From Podarcis filfolensis (Eukaryota), in assembly GCA_964270895.1 (NCBI GenBank), contig OZ185437.1: 64,000 bases of DNA; one strand, given 5' to 3'. Shown here in pieces: positions 27,013 to 40,026 of this stretch (positions are counted from its first letter, which is position 1; every line of letters starts with the position of its first letter). A model generated the notes under the pieces. The model did not search any database and was not told where the DNA came from. It saw nothing but the letters and a program-made list of their open reading frames with translations. A program made the position numbers and the translations under genes.

Positions 27013-27274
27013 CAGAAGTGGGAGACCTATTAGGATGGTTTGCCCTCGGAGGCTGGTGGATCCAATGGGTTTCTGGACAGCTCTGGGAATGCCAGAGGTG
27101 CATCATTTGGCCTTTTGTGTTTAGCACACCTCCAGAAGATAGCAGTATGGGACATTTTCTGGGTTTGTGGGCAGAAAGCTCTTTACAGAAGCAGTTTAAA
27201 TTTTTTTTATTTCAATAGAGAACTATGGCATATGCTCAACAGCAGTCTCATTTCCCATTGAAACAAGACCTGGG

Positions 27275-27357
27275 GCTGCAGTTCTATACACATATTTGTA
27301 ACTAAGCCCTACTGAACTCAGTAGGACTATGTCTGATTAAATATGCATAGAATTGCC
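27275..27357. repeat. Short palindromic interspersed repeat; related copies at ~12560-12612, ~19429-19493, ~22328-22372
   Basis: Central hairpin cctactga-ac-tcagtagg (27308-27325) with arms gcagttctatacacatatt / aatatgcatagaattgc; the other copies share gc.g..cctat.ca...agtaag...ctga. Confidence 0.65.
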
Positions 27358-27700
27358 GTGCAGAAATGTTTAACTTGGAATCCAATTATATAGCTTCAAA
27401 CAAAACATTTAAGTGTGCTGTAAAGTGCATTATACAAATGTGACACTAGATGGTGATGGTGAGCTATGGCAAATTCAATATATTTTTCAAAACGGTTTTT
27501 TTAAAAAAGCATTTTCACAGCATTTTTAATATGTGTCTAGATTCCACTTTGGTATGGATTGTGCCTTGCTATTTTTCTTGACCTGCTATATTTCATTGCT
27601 TGTGGTGCAAGATTAAAACTCCCTTTTTAGTAGAATAACCAGTAGTTATTTCTTCATGTCCTCTAGCGCAACCTGGTTTTGTTTCTGTGCTGTAACCTGA

Positions 27701-28156
<456 letters not shown>

Positions 28157-28924
28157 AACCTATGGAAATAACTATGGCTGCAGGTCTCGTGGTTTAAAAG
28201 AAGGGGGGGACTCCAAACAAGGGAATAGCTACAATCATAAAGGAACTTTGACCGGTTAATATGCTTAATTACGCCATTTTTAAACGGCACAGAAAACAAA
28301 ACAAAAAACTCTACAAGATTGCTGTGTAGGAGACAACTATGAAATTAATGCTGTTCCTCAGATTTTTCTGCACTATTTGACATAAGCAGAGGTGTTTTGG
28401 AAGGCTAAGTCTGAGCAACGTGGACTGTAGCAGCTGTGGTAAAAAACAATTATGCTGGAGATTTTTTTTTACACAGAGACACACACACACACCAATAACT
28501 GAAAGGGCTTTAACATGTTTTTTTAAAAAATTGCACTAACTTGTTGAAGATTTTAACGAATAGTCAAAAGTGAAAATAGAGACTGCAATGACACTTAACA
28601 TGAATCTGAAAAGTGAGGGCTGAAGATGCCTATTTACCAGTTAATACCATCATTATGTTTGGCAGTGGGCTACTATTATGCTAAAGGCCTTCCATTGTTC
28701 TTCTGACAGCTGTGAAGTCTGAATACAAGTAAAAAACGACCCAGAAAGGTCCAGGCCTTCTATGGAAGACAGACTTGTGGCAAGTAATGACACAACAATG
28801 CAGCAATGCTATAGGGTCTACAGAGTGTACAGAACGGTTTCACGTTGTTTTATACTTTTAATTAAAGAATACACAAGTCATGTAACCATTCAGCTCTGAG
28901 TGTATGGTGGACTAAATCTAGCTA

Positions 28925-28938
28925 AATAAAAAAATAAA
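28925..28938 (+). terminator. SMIM28: Probable SMIM28 poly(A) signal
   Basis: Tandem AATAAA (28925-30, 28933-38) followed by tttgtttttt. Confidence 0.6.
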
Positions 28939-30759
28939 GGTTTGTTTTTTAAATCACCTTTTAGTTTGCTTCTGCTCCCCACCCCCTTTCAAACAATGAG
29001 TCCTGCACTGGGAGAAAGGCGGGACATAATATATCTCTGTCTGCATAGGGATAGATGGTAAGCACAGAAACATAAACTATAATTCATCCGATGGTGCTAC
29101 AGTGCCAGATAGCTCTCTTTTTGGCTGAAGAGTAGGATAAAACTCATAAAGAAATGAAAACAAACCTCTGTCAAGGATATATCTGAATGTGCAGTCCAGG
29201 GTTTGTGTGCAGTTAATTAGGGAGTTGGATATGAGGATAGTTCAGCTTTCATTGCCATCAATAGTGAATAGCATATATTCTCTTTTTCCCTTTATAAGAA
29301 TTTGCAGAATAAAGTCAGTATGTTTTAGCAACCATGCCACTCCCGGTGTTATATTTCCCATCTCTTGGTCACATTACACCCTTATGTATTTGATTTCTTG
29401 CCATTTAAATTTTTACCCTTTGTGCCAATCTTCAATGAATCAATCAATAATTTTATTCCTATGCCACCTTTCCACAGTACAAAGCATGCTCAAGGGTGCT
29501 TACAATGTGAAAAAATACGCAATTACAACACAGCAAAAGTATTCATAAACAAAACATCAGAAAATGCACAACCAATTGGAACAACTTCCACGCAAATCAC
29601 AATAAGAGCTAAAATAAAGATACAATATATATATATCACTAACAGCAACAACCCCCCACCAATCCCTTAAACAATACCCCAGCTCAAGATTCTTGATGTT
29701 TGGGACAAATAATGTGTGTGAGAGAGTGAGAGAGAAGGCAGTCTACACAGCCATATTCATAAATGTGAATATGCAGTAACTAACAAGATAGCTGAATTCA
29801 TGGTTTTCATAGGCCAATTTGCACAACTGGCAGTGGTATCTAAAGTTAGTTATAGTCAGTTGGATATCATCCCGAAGCTTTAATGCAGTATTGATTAATG
29901 GAAAGTTTTTATTTGATAACGACAACCTCACATGGCCATGTGCATTGAACCAGGGACAAATAATTGCCTGGTGAATTAAGTTTTACCTCAGATGACCTAT
30001 GTGGGTGCTGATGACTTATGTGGGTACTGCATTCACACCCGTTTCAAGTAAACTTGAATCCAGATAGAGAAATCATTTCATAATGGGCCAGTAAATAATG
30101 AGTTATTCAGCTTCACTTCATCATTATCAAACCAGCACCGTAAGATTATTCTAACATTGTATCAGCATATGACCTACATGACACAGTTTTTAGCCTTGTT
30201 CCTTACTTATTCTTCATAATTGTTATGGAGCACTTGGAGGTCAATAGGGGGCCAATCTTATTTAAAACCAAGCTAACTGACAGAGGCTTAACGAATTGGA
30301 TTATTTGGTAGTGCATTGAAGTAATAAATATTGAGGAAAACTAATACAGTCAGACTTCCACTAATCTGCAATTCTGACAAAGGTTTACTTTCCATTTCTT
30401 GACATTCTACTGAACTAAGTTGTTTTATGGAAGCCTAACATTCTACAACCATGAAATAAATTGTCATTTGCCTAGCCACCACCCCTCTCATTTCATTGCA
30501 TGGAGATCACTAGTGTACTAAGGTGACCTACATGGTCAATAGCAATAGCTAGGGCACCCAGGAGGAATTGTGTCAGTGGTTCTACGCATCTCACAGTGTG
30601 ATGAGAGTCTCAGCAAGTGCCAGACATCCTCCAGAGTGTTAAGGAATACATTGATTTCCATCTCTGTGGGTGGACCATCATATTGGTGCCCCAGCCTTGC
30701 AGACTGAAGTGATCACATCCAGCCCAATTCTGTGTAGAATAATATTTATTCTTATTATT

Positions 30760-31100
30760 TGCTGGCTGCCAGTTCATTTCTGGGCCCAATTCAAAGTGCT
30801 CACATTAGTATTTACAGCCCTAAATGACTTAGGCCCCAAGTATCTGAAAGACATGTCTCCTTCTCTACAGATCATCCGGGGTGTTTTGATCAGCCCTTTT
30901 GGTAGTTATACCTCCCTAAGAAGTTTCGGAGGTGGAAGGCATTCTCTGTGGCAGCCCCGAACAGACGGCTTTTTAATAACAGAGCTTTTGGCAAGTGCTG
31001 AAGATGCATCTCTTCACCCTGGTCTTTTGAGATGTGTTTTTTCAAGACCCACCCTATTCCTGTGATCACAAACTGCTTAACCTGCTTTAATTTTCAAATT
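30760..31100 (+). mobile_element. L2 LINE ORF2 C-terminal fragment and 3' end
   Basis: WLPVHFWAQFKVLTLVFTALNDLGPKYLKD matches the L2 motif HWLPVxxRxxFKxLxLxFKALxGLxPxYL. Confidence 0.75.
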
Positions 31101-32929
31101 TAAATTGTTGTAACTGGCCCCAGGACCTGCTAGTGAAGGGCAGGTAATAAATTCCATAATGATAATGGTAATAAGCCTTATTCATGCTAGTTGGAGGGGA
31201 AAATGGTATAAAAGAAAATTCCTGGATGCCAAGATCTATGTTTGGGGCAAGTACTCTTTGGTGAGAGAACTCCAGCAGAGAGTTAAAACTACACAGTATG
31301 CAGCAAAGTAAAGTGTGGAAATATAGGCTGTTAAAACTTTTAAAATGCATCTTTCCAAACAGTCCTCTTTTTCCCCAGCATAGTAAAAGGACGCACATTT
31401 AGTAAGTTAAAATGGGTGTACTTACAAACTCTCCAAAGGCCAGGCTCATATGCTTTTCCATACATCTGTCTGAAAGGCCACGCAGGCAGCAAAATTTAGT
31501 TTTGTTCCAAAGAGGTAAGAATTCCTAAATTGTTGGCATAGGAACTTAAGAATGGCCTGTGAGAGCCACGCAGGTTAAACTAGCACAACTAGCTCAGACC
31601 TCCTCATCTGCCACAGGTCCTGTGAATTAGCAACATGTGATAGTCTACATATGGTAGATTAGAGCACAGGTGATCCTGAGAACTACTGATGCACCTCTCA
31701 ACATCTGCCATCTCCCTCCTGTCTTGGTCTCCCATTTTCAAAGTTGACATGATAGCTGCTATACCACAGTCACTGATACAAGCTCATGCAAGACTACTCA
31801 GGATATAAATGATGAAATACAGTTTTCTTTCTGGCCATTAATCATCTTCTTCCTATTCTGTTCTCTATCAAACTGTGGACACAGCAGTGGCAAATCTTAT
31901 TGCAAAGGAGAACCATTGATCCTTCTTCAGAATCTGTCCATATTGCTTTTGTGATGTAGGAGGAGGGATTTGCTGAAGTTTCATTTCTAGATTGGTTTAG
32001 TCCCAGAGGAAGTCACAGCTGTGGCATGGTGCAATTATTACTGGCAATTCTAATAGTGAGCTTTTGTGCAAGATGAGATGTGAGAGAAGAACCCGTTCCA
32101 TAAAGCTAACATTACTCATCGTCCAGCACAGTTGAGCATCTTAACAGGGAGGAGGCAATACAGAAGGGTGAAATCAGGGATGCAAAGTAATAACAGAGAA
32201 CAAGACCAGGTCAAAAGTAAGCCTCTTATGAACCTGCTTTCCCCTCCCTTGATTCCCAATCTCCAACTATCTCTCAGTCTATTTAATTAACTTTTACATC
32301 AGATACACAAAAAGGAATACAAAAGCTGCAGCCTTAATTCTATATAGTGACTTTTTCAGTCTCTCAGATTAAAGCATGCATGTGTCATTTCCTAATAGGA
32401 ATTTCAGAAAACCCCAACTTGCTCTGGACAAATTACTTTACAAGAGAACAAAGGTACAGAAAAGGTAGTGACCTTGTTATCACAAGTAGCAGCTGAAGCA
32501 GTAAACCTTGGCTGGACTATGCAACTTTTAAAAATACAGTATTTGTTGTATTTTTTGTCATAACATTTAACAGAAACTTGAAGTAATGTCATTATCAGAA
32601 TCAGGATAATTGAATAGTTGTGTGATAAATTTAACTGTTCAGAACTCCTTTCTAAGTTCTTGTAGTAGTCCAAGCTTTAGGGCAACAAATCTCTCCAAAA
32701 GGTTGCTTGGTCCCCTGGCTGCCGCTAGTCTATCATTCACATAAACTAGCCTGAGACAACCAGCAGGAGCTCACATGACTGAATGTCCCTCCATTTTTTA
32801 AAAAAATCAATCCACCTACATAGAAAACTTGCACAAAGCTAAGGTAGAAGCTTCTCTGTGATATCTACTTTTCTATGGGGTGGGGTTTGTTTTAAGAAGA
32901 ATTCATTCACGCGAGGCCCCCATCTGCAA

Positions 32930-34070
32930 TTTGAAGTGGCATCGTGTGGACATAGGCGTACCACTTCATTAGCTGTTTGAGGTCTAAACTCCATGAGGCT
33001 TTGTTGGTGGGCACTGCCTGGTTAGTGTTGACATGTGACAGGGCCTTCTTAGTGGTGGTTCCTTGTTAGTAGAATGCCCTCCCTCATTACTATCAGGAGA
33101 AATTTAAAAACATTACTGTTTATCCAAGTATCTGATGACAAATAAGATACTGCTCCCAGCTGAGATCCCTGAAATCACTGGCTGAGATTATTCTTGTAAA
33201 TGTTTTTAGAATGCTTTTATAATTTTTCTTTCATTCTTTGCTTACTATTGATGGATTTTTCTGCCCTAAGTTCCTTCGGGATGAAGGGTAGGGTATAAAT
33301 TGAATTAATGATAATGCTGCTTTATTGCTTTGATGATGATGATTAACTGCACAATTAAAATCATTACATAATTTATCTCATTAAATATAAAACAGTAGAA
33401 AATAAATAAAACCATATAAAAGCACCACAACCAGCCTCCTGATTCCCAGCACAAGATACTGCCACACGCAGCTTACTTGAACCAAAAACCAAAACGAAAA
33501 GACTCTGGGCAGCAGCAAAACACAACTCTCGGGGGAACAAGTTCCATAAGCAGGAAGCAAAAAATGAAAAAGCCCTATAATGTGAGCCTGTCAGTCTATC
33601 GTACTAAATGGAAGATCCATAAGCAGAGCCGCTGAGGCCAGTCTCAAGACCTCCAGAGGTTCATATGGCTATAAATGCTTCTTCAAGTAGCTCAGTCCTA
33701 ATGTACCGATCTGGTGTGAAAATCATGGCAGTACCTATCTCGGGCCAGGATTCCACACTATACACCTTCCATGCAGTGATATTGACTGTGAGGAACAAAA
33801 CAAAGCAATACATGAGCAACAGAGGATCGCTGGTGCAGATGTACAGCTGTCTTCTTTGGGGTAAGGTGCTACACTGGTGCAACTGTGCTGTTTCTGTGGA
33901 ACTGCAAGAAAGTTTAGCACTGTCACGAACAGCAGATGGGAGAAGAGACCTGCTTAACGCCACACCAGTATGTGATATTTCATTTAAGCAGGCAATGATG
34001 ATTATGCAACAATGTTCCCTTGTTCTCCTCTCCCTCTTCCACCACGTATGGTATCATTATCAGAGCTGAT
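32930..34070. mobile_element. Cluster of old L2-like remnants in both orientations
   Basis: agggccttcttagtggtggttcc...gaatgccctccc (+) and tail-like or gttcc...aaaagccct segments (-); heavily decayed, boundaries uncertain. Confidence 0.35.
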
Positions 34071-34939
34071 CACATTACAGAGCCGGGCCTCATTTATGTG
34101 ACCTTCATAAACATTTTTTTGTCAGAGGTTTAGCCAGTTTAATGCCTGAAATGTGTGTCATATACCTCTGGAGCAACTACAGTTTAAAGAGCATCCAACC
34201 CTTTTAGGGGGGGAAATAAAAATCCACATTCTAGATATTATCTCTGCATCAACTAATTCTCCCTAAATCTGATTTTCATTCGAGTCTGGGCCTTCATTTA
34301 TGAAAGCAGATGCAACATAATTGCTTAATATACCAGCGACTTTGTATCCACTGGTTCTAATTCCATGTCAGTCTTCCTTACCAAAGGATGATCTTTTCCC
34401 TCCCCAGCTCCTGGCTGCTGTGTCTGTGCTTGGAAAGCCTTTTATAGTGTTATAAAGGCTTTGCCTATTGGCTTCACTGCACAAGTGGGCAACTGCAAAT
34501 TTTTACTAGGGTTGATTTCTGCAGTGTGTGTCACCATTATGCCGACTTCTAGATCTTATTTGTTTACATCTTTATCTGAAAGGTCGCAACAGGGACAGTT
34601 GGTGATTTTGCAATGCCACAAATTAATTTATATTTTCACCTCTCCATTCCTGGGCTATACTTTTCTTACTTACCTGGAGCTACCAGCTTCAGTTCAACCA
34701 TTTCATTTCTAGAAAGCAACCGATAAATACCTGGGCTCTGGTCCATTTTTGCTATGGAGAACATTCCTAGCATGTGGAGATGCTGCTCATCCCTAAATGT
34801 GTCAGGGAACTATGAAAGTCTTTTTTGCTTCTCACCCCCACCCGCAAAAAAAAAAAATTGCAATTCTGCAGGAGGGGCACTTGTTCCCTTTGCATTTTAA
34901 GAGAGGGTGTTGAAAACTTAAACTCTTTGGTCTGCAATC

Positions 34940-36070
34940 CACAAAACACTTGTCAGTGCTGCTTCTGCGGGTCGCTCCGAGAGCAACTCGCCTGCCAGAA
35001 GTTTCGCCCGCGTTTCTGCTTCTGCGGACCACTTTCCTCACAGAGGAGCCTCAGAATATGAGAATATGCGGAGGAGCACGAGCCAACAAGGCGCCCCCGC
35101 ACATTCTATAGTACGGGGGGGCACATTTGCGCTCCTAAAGGAGGCGATGCATCTCCTCACAAAGTTGGGAGTGGGAGGAAAAGAGAGCCAAGAGGCGCGA
35201 ATGCCTTCGGCTTTCAAAGGGCCCTTGTCATCTCGGCCGCCCCCCCCCCCTTTTCCCTCCTCCCGCTTGAGGCATATGACAATCTGCCATTAGCTCACTC
35301 CCGCATTCCCAAGAGCTTGGGGGCCAGCCAGCCAGCCAGCACAACAAGCAGCATCTGACACCAAGCGGCACTGCAGGGCCGGGAGGAGCGCGCGCCCGTT
35401 CCCCGCCCACCACCGTCGCCAGCAAAACAGCCGCTTTCGCTCCTCGCTCCCCACCCCTCGCTCGCGCGCGCGCACCCTCTCACACGTGCGAAGCTGCTCT
35501 TTTGAGGGCAGCCAATCCGGACGCCTCTCGTAGGCTGGTTGGAAAGGCGGCCAAGTGCCCCCCCACCCCATAATGCCGTCAGCGGCTCTTCTTCACAACT
35601 TTGCAAGGGGGGGGGGGAGGTTGTTTGCTCCCCTCCTTCGCAGCATAGTGTCCCAAGCCACCTCCCCTCCCCGCCCTGGGTGTTTCCGACGCCACGGAGA
35701 GCGTCGCCTGAAATGTTGTTACACAAGGCGCCGGGGCCTTATGCAAGGAGAGCGAGGAAGAGACGGAAGGTGCTGCCGGCAGACAGAAAGGCAGGAGCCG
35801 AGAGCGAAGGGGAATATGGGTAGAGGGGATGCGGCGGGGGGAATTGAAAGGGCAAGGGGGGAGGGATTGCGAAGGTTGCGCTTTGGTTTCTGCTTTAGGG
35901 AAGCTGCGCCTTAAAAAATAAAAATAATGCTAGGCGCAGCTTCTTGCAGTACATTTCCATACTGGGGGAAATGTTTGCACCAGTTGCCTTTCTGCATACC
36001 CCGTTGAATACAAAGGGACCGGCCCTGAGGGAAGAGATGTGCAGGTGCACATGCAGAACGTGGAAGCGAA
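34940..36070. promoter_or_regulatory. HEBP2: CpG island / promoter of HEBP2
   Basis: Dense CpG against a CpG-depleted background; (GC)n run at 35463-35473, E-box CACGTG at 35483-88, CCAAT at 35512-16; lies directly upstream of the first coding exon. Confidence 0.85.
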
Positions 36071-36101
36071 GCTCTAACGTCGTTCCTTTTCTCCACCCAG
36101 G

Positions 36102-36176
36102 ATGCTGAAGACTATAAAACAAGCCCTCTTCTCTACTGGGCTGGAGATGCCCAAATGGACAGCCCTGCCAAACCAG
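36102..36176 (+). CDS. HEBP2: HEBP2 (SOUL) coding exon 1 (25 aa)
   Basis: MLKTIKQALFSTGLEMPKWTALPNQ; carries the SOUL-family (L/V)E-x-P-x-W motif; donor CAG|gtgacc; phase 0 joins exon 2. Confidence 0.8.
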
Positions 36177-37720
36177 GTGACCAGCGTTTATGGTTGTTGT
36201 TGTTTTTAATGACTGGAAGGTGACTTTCCGCTTAATCCTTGATCGCGTCCAGTAAGTGGAAGGGGAAGAGATTTGCACACATGCATACACACGTTCCTGA
36301 GCAGAGTCCTAAACACAAATTGCTTGACTAAATATATGATTGAGTGGGCGACACCTAAGCAGGGGTTCCCTATTGCAGCTGGAAATATCACTGTTGCCAA
36401 AAAGTCTAAATTTTGGGTTCAGCAAGACTTCACTGGAAGATGCAAGAACTAATGCAAGTATCCCTGGGAAAATAACATGGAAATATCCAACAGGCAAAAT
36501 TTAATATAGCATTGCCCCCTCCCCTGGGTATTATCCTAAGCCCCTCTGTTGACTCCACATTTTGTCTATGTATTGACATATGTAGTAGGTGGATGTAAAA
36601 GGTTTTTTAAATGTGCAAGGAGTGCTTTGAAAGCAAAGTTATGAGGTACTGTGGTTGAGTAATGCAACAGTGTAAATGAGTTTGATTAACCTATTATTAT
36701 TTTTGAAAATACCTTCAGATTGCTATTTAAATCTATGTAATTGATTAAGGAAAACCTTGCATTACTGAGAGAACCTGAAGTTTGAACTCTGTTAACATGG
36801 CTACATACTGCAGTCATTTCTGAAGATTTAAATGTTAGGAAATTGTTCATTTCATTCCAGAAAATATGTCTTGAGCACCATGCATTTTTTCTTGGTAAAA
36901 ATAAATATTTACAAATACATCTTTAAAATGTTAAATGTTGCAGGTTTAAAAGTTCTTAACATGTTTAATCATCAGTGGCTGCAGGAAATATATGTGTTCA
37001 GAAACAAATTTTAATGCTGAGCTCTTCTAGGACAAAGGATTGTAGAAGCAAACTTCGGCTTATAAGCCTTCTAACTGTGTGGTCTTCAGCCTTTGAAGGT
37101 GGAAAACAGTGGGCTAGGAAAGCAAGGAGGGAGAAATGCATGCTAAGGTGTTGTGAGAGGAAAGCTAGCACTTACAGATACCCAGCCAGATATTTGGTTC
37201 CTGTTCTCAAGTGGATCATCCGATTGAGTATTGCAACATTGGTGCTCAATTCCCACAAAGACTTACTTATTGCCAAAGTAAACAGCAAGCTCATGTAACA
37301 TTTCTCCCAACTTTTTTTAAAAAAGAAAATCTGCTGGGGTTGGGGAGGGGAAGACCGCTGGGGTGAACAACAACGTAACCCTCTTCCCTCTGCAAGGGCC
37401 TTGCTATGTATTTAAAAGATCTGAGAGCACAATGCAGTAGCTCCCCACCCTCTCTATTCATGAGAAATGGGGTCGTGTGGTGATGGTGGTGGGGGGAGCT
37501 GAGTGTTCAGAAATATTCAGCTGGCACCTGCTCTTGTTTTTTAGATCCTTTCATGGGATTTTCCAAATTACCATGTTGCTTCTGCTATTTCTTTTACTTG
37601 GCCGTGTGGCTGGATGAATTTTAATTTAAGTTTTTATTTGATCATTGTTAGTGGTTTTATAAACCGCCTCAAAGACTCAGTCACAAAAAAGCAGAGTGCC
37701 TATACTTCAAACAAATTTTA

Positions 37721-37870
37721 GACCAGGGTTCAAATCCCCAGTCACCCCATAAAGCTCACTGGGTGACCTTGGTTCAGTCACTGCCTCTCGGCCTAACCTC
37801 CCTCACAGGACTGTTGTGGGAAGTAATTAAGGAGCAGGAAAACCTTATGAAAAAATGTGGGATATAAATA
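37721..37870 (+). mobile_element. CORE/MIR-like SINE, 5' truncated
   Basis: B box ggttcaaatccc then gggtgaccttgg..cagtcactgcctctc.gcctaacct.cctcacagg..tgttgtg core. Confidence 0.75.
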
Positions 37871-38988
37871 AGTAAATATTCTCCAGGATTTGTCATTGGT
37901 CCCTTGAAAACATACCAGGAAGGCAACTTGCATTAAGGGAGCCCCAACTGTTAAGGGGCAGCTGGGTCTCCTCCAGGCTCCCTGATTACTGCTTCACTTT
38001 TTCTTCAAACCATTGATTGCCATGCAAAACTTCCAGTGGCAACCCAAACAGTCAAGCAGATTGTGGTCTTCCAACAAGATGGATGAAGAAAAAACTCTGT
38101 GGCACATTTATTCCTCCTCCTCCTGCCCAAATACACTTAAGGGCTGAACCTGGCCTTACCATGTGATGCTGCAGCAGAAACACCTTCAAATACTTACAAA
38201 GTTCTTCAGCAGCTGTGCTGGTGGGCCCAGTGCTTTCCTTTATAGTGCTGGGGGTGAAGCGTTTGCAGTCACTGTTGCCGCTACCATCTTCCTTATTTCT
38301 CAATGCTGCTAAGCTCTGCGGCATCTCCTGCCCCCAAATATACATATCAGGAGTGAGGCCCAGATTCACTGAGAATAACAAAGTTATTTTATTTATTTAC
38401 TACTCTTTATGTACCATAGTTCCTGCAAGGTGGCAAACATAGTTTTCCCACTGCCCATTTCACCCTCACAACCACCCTGGGACCAGACAATACATTTTTA
38501 AAAAGAGAGGACCTGGGACACTCAAAGATGACTTGTTTACCTGGGATTAACAGTGCCTGGGGTTAGTGGTAATTTCCCCACTCAAAAATTGTCTTCTACA
38601 AGCTGCTTTTCCATCATGGAGAACAGTGAGCTTTCACTATTTAGTCGGAAAAACAGCAGGAAGGCCATTTTGAAAGGGAAACTGACCAGAGGAGAAAAAG
38701 TTAATCAGTTCCTCCTCCCCCCCCCCCCCATTCAATTGCTCTGGGTGGCAACCTCCTATTACTACTATTCATGAAAATAAAAGCAGTAGCAAACTGCATC
38801 TGCTATATAGAGTCTACTTTGGCCCTAAGCTCTTGATCTGAAGGAGTGTGTATGGGATCAGTTTGCAGAATAGCAATGGGTAAATGACTAGTGAGATAAA
38901 ATCGAGGAGATTGGTTTTGTGTGTTTTTGTAACAATTCACAGCCCTTATCACAATACGCATTGTGATAGGCATTTCCTCTGTCTAGAG

Positions 38989-39167
38989 CAGGGGTAGTCA
39001 ACCTTTTTATACCTACCATCCACTAATGAATCTTTCTTAATGATAAAATTTCCTTACCGCCCACCAGTGCTCGATGGAAGGAGGATTCAGCTTGTGCCGT
39101 AGAACCCCCTACCGCCCACCTAGAATCCTGAAATGCCCACTAGGTAGGGACCAGGTTGACAACCCTG
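38989..39167. mobile_element. hAT (Charlie-type) MITE in HEBP2 intron 1
   Basis: TIR caggggtagtcaacct / aggttgacaaccctg; perfect 8-bp TSD gtctagag (38981-88, 39168-75). Confidence 0.93.
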
Positions 39168-39308
39168 GTCTAGAGATAGGGAACACACTTTCATTTACTC
39201 GTTTTTAGTTGTGGTTCCTACTTTTAAAGAGTTCAATATCTATGCAGAGTTTATTGTATGAAAATTACCAGGTAACAAGTCTTGATTTTTGTTTTTCCCC
39301 CCCTTAAG

Positions 39309-39444
39309 GCTTCTGATTATGAAATTCGACAGTATGAACCAGCCAAATGGGTTTGCACATCTGTTAAAACTGTGGACTGGGATTCAGCTATCAATACTGG
39401 TTTTACTAAGCTCTTTAATTATATTAAGGGCAAGAATGAAAAAG
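39309..39444 (+). CDS. HEBP2: HEBP2 coding exon 2 (136 nt)
   Basis: ttaAG|gct...aaag|gtaagg; ASDYEIRQYEPAKWVCTSVKTVDWDSAINTGFTKLFNYIKGKNEK is SOUL domain. Confidence 0.96.
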
Positions 39445-39845
39445 GTAAGGTGTGTTTTGCTCTACTTGTGTTTCCCTTGAAATCAGCTTCCCTTTGGCGG
39501 GAAACAAACACTAAGCACACATTCTTCCTCTTCTTCTTGAAAATATACCTCAGGTGTGTCTTTTTGGTGGGGAAATGTGAGAAATAGTAAAAGAGAGAAT
39601 CCAAATTTCTAACTAAAAACCCAACATCCCAAAGGAATTTTAGTGTTGGAAAGCACAGGTGATGTCATCTAGTTAAGCCTTTTTTTAGGTTGAGGTCCTG
39701 ATCACTCTGGTGTGGATGAGAGATGCTCTTGCTTCCTTCATACCCCCTACAATCTTAGCAATCTATTCCTGTTTTATTCCATCCTTTCTTTTGTAATGTT
39801 TTGTTAATGTGTTAAGTGTAGCTAGTAATATCTTGCCTCTTGCAG

Positions 39846-40026
39846 GAGTAAAGATAGACATGACAGCTCCAGTGACATGCTATGTGCAGCCAGGCGCTGG
39901 CCCGTTCTGTGAGTCCACAACAACCGTCTCTTTTTACGTGCCACCTCAACACCAGGCAAATCCACCTAAGCCATCAGAGGCAGATGTCTTCATTGAAACG
40001 AGGCCAGCAATTACTGTGTTTGTCAG
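39846..40026 (+). CDS. HEBP2: HEBP2 coding exon 3 (181 nt)
   Basis: ttgcAG|ga...gtcag|gtaagc; VKIDMTAPVTCYVQPGAGPFCESTTTVSFYVP...PPKPSEADVFIE has the hallmark MTAPV. Confidence 0.96.

Noticed and set aside
35295-35914. Several 90-143 aa ORFs in the CpG island
   Set aside because: Stop codons are rare in GC-rich DNA; products are low-complexity with no homology.
39248-39271. Possible 24-nt in-frame HEBP2 micro-exon (AG|SLLYENYQ|GTAACA)
   Set aside because: The downstream intron would be 37 nt, too short for vertebrate splicing, and retention hits TAA; the polypyrimidine tract is weak.
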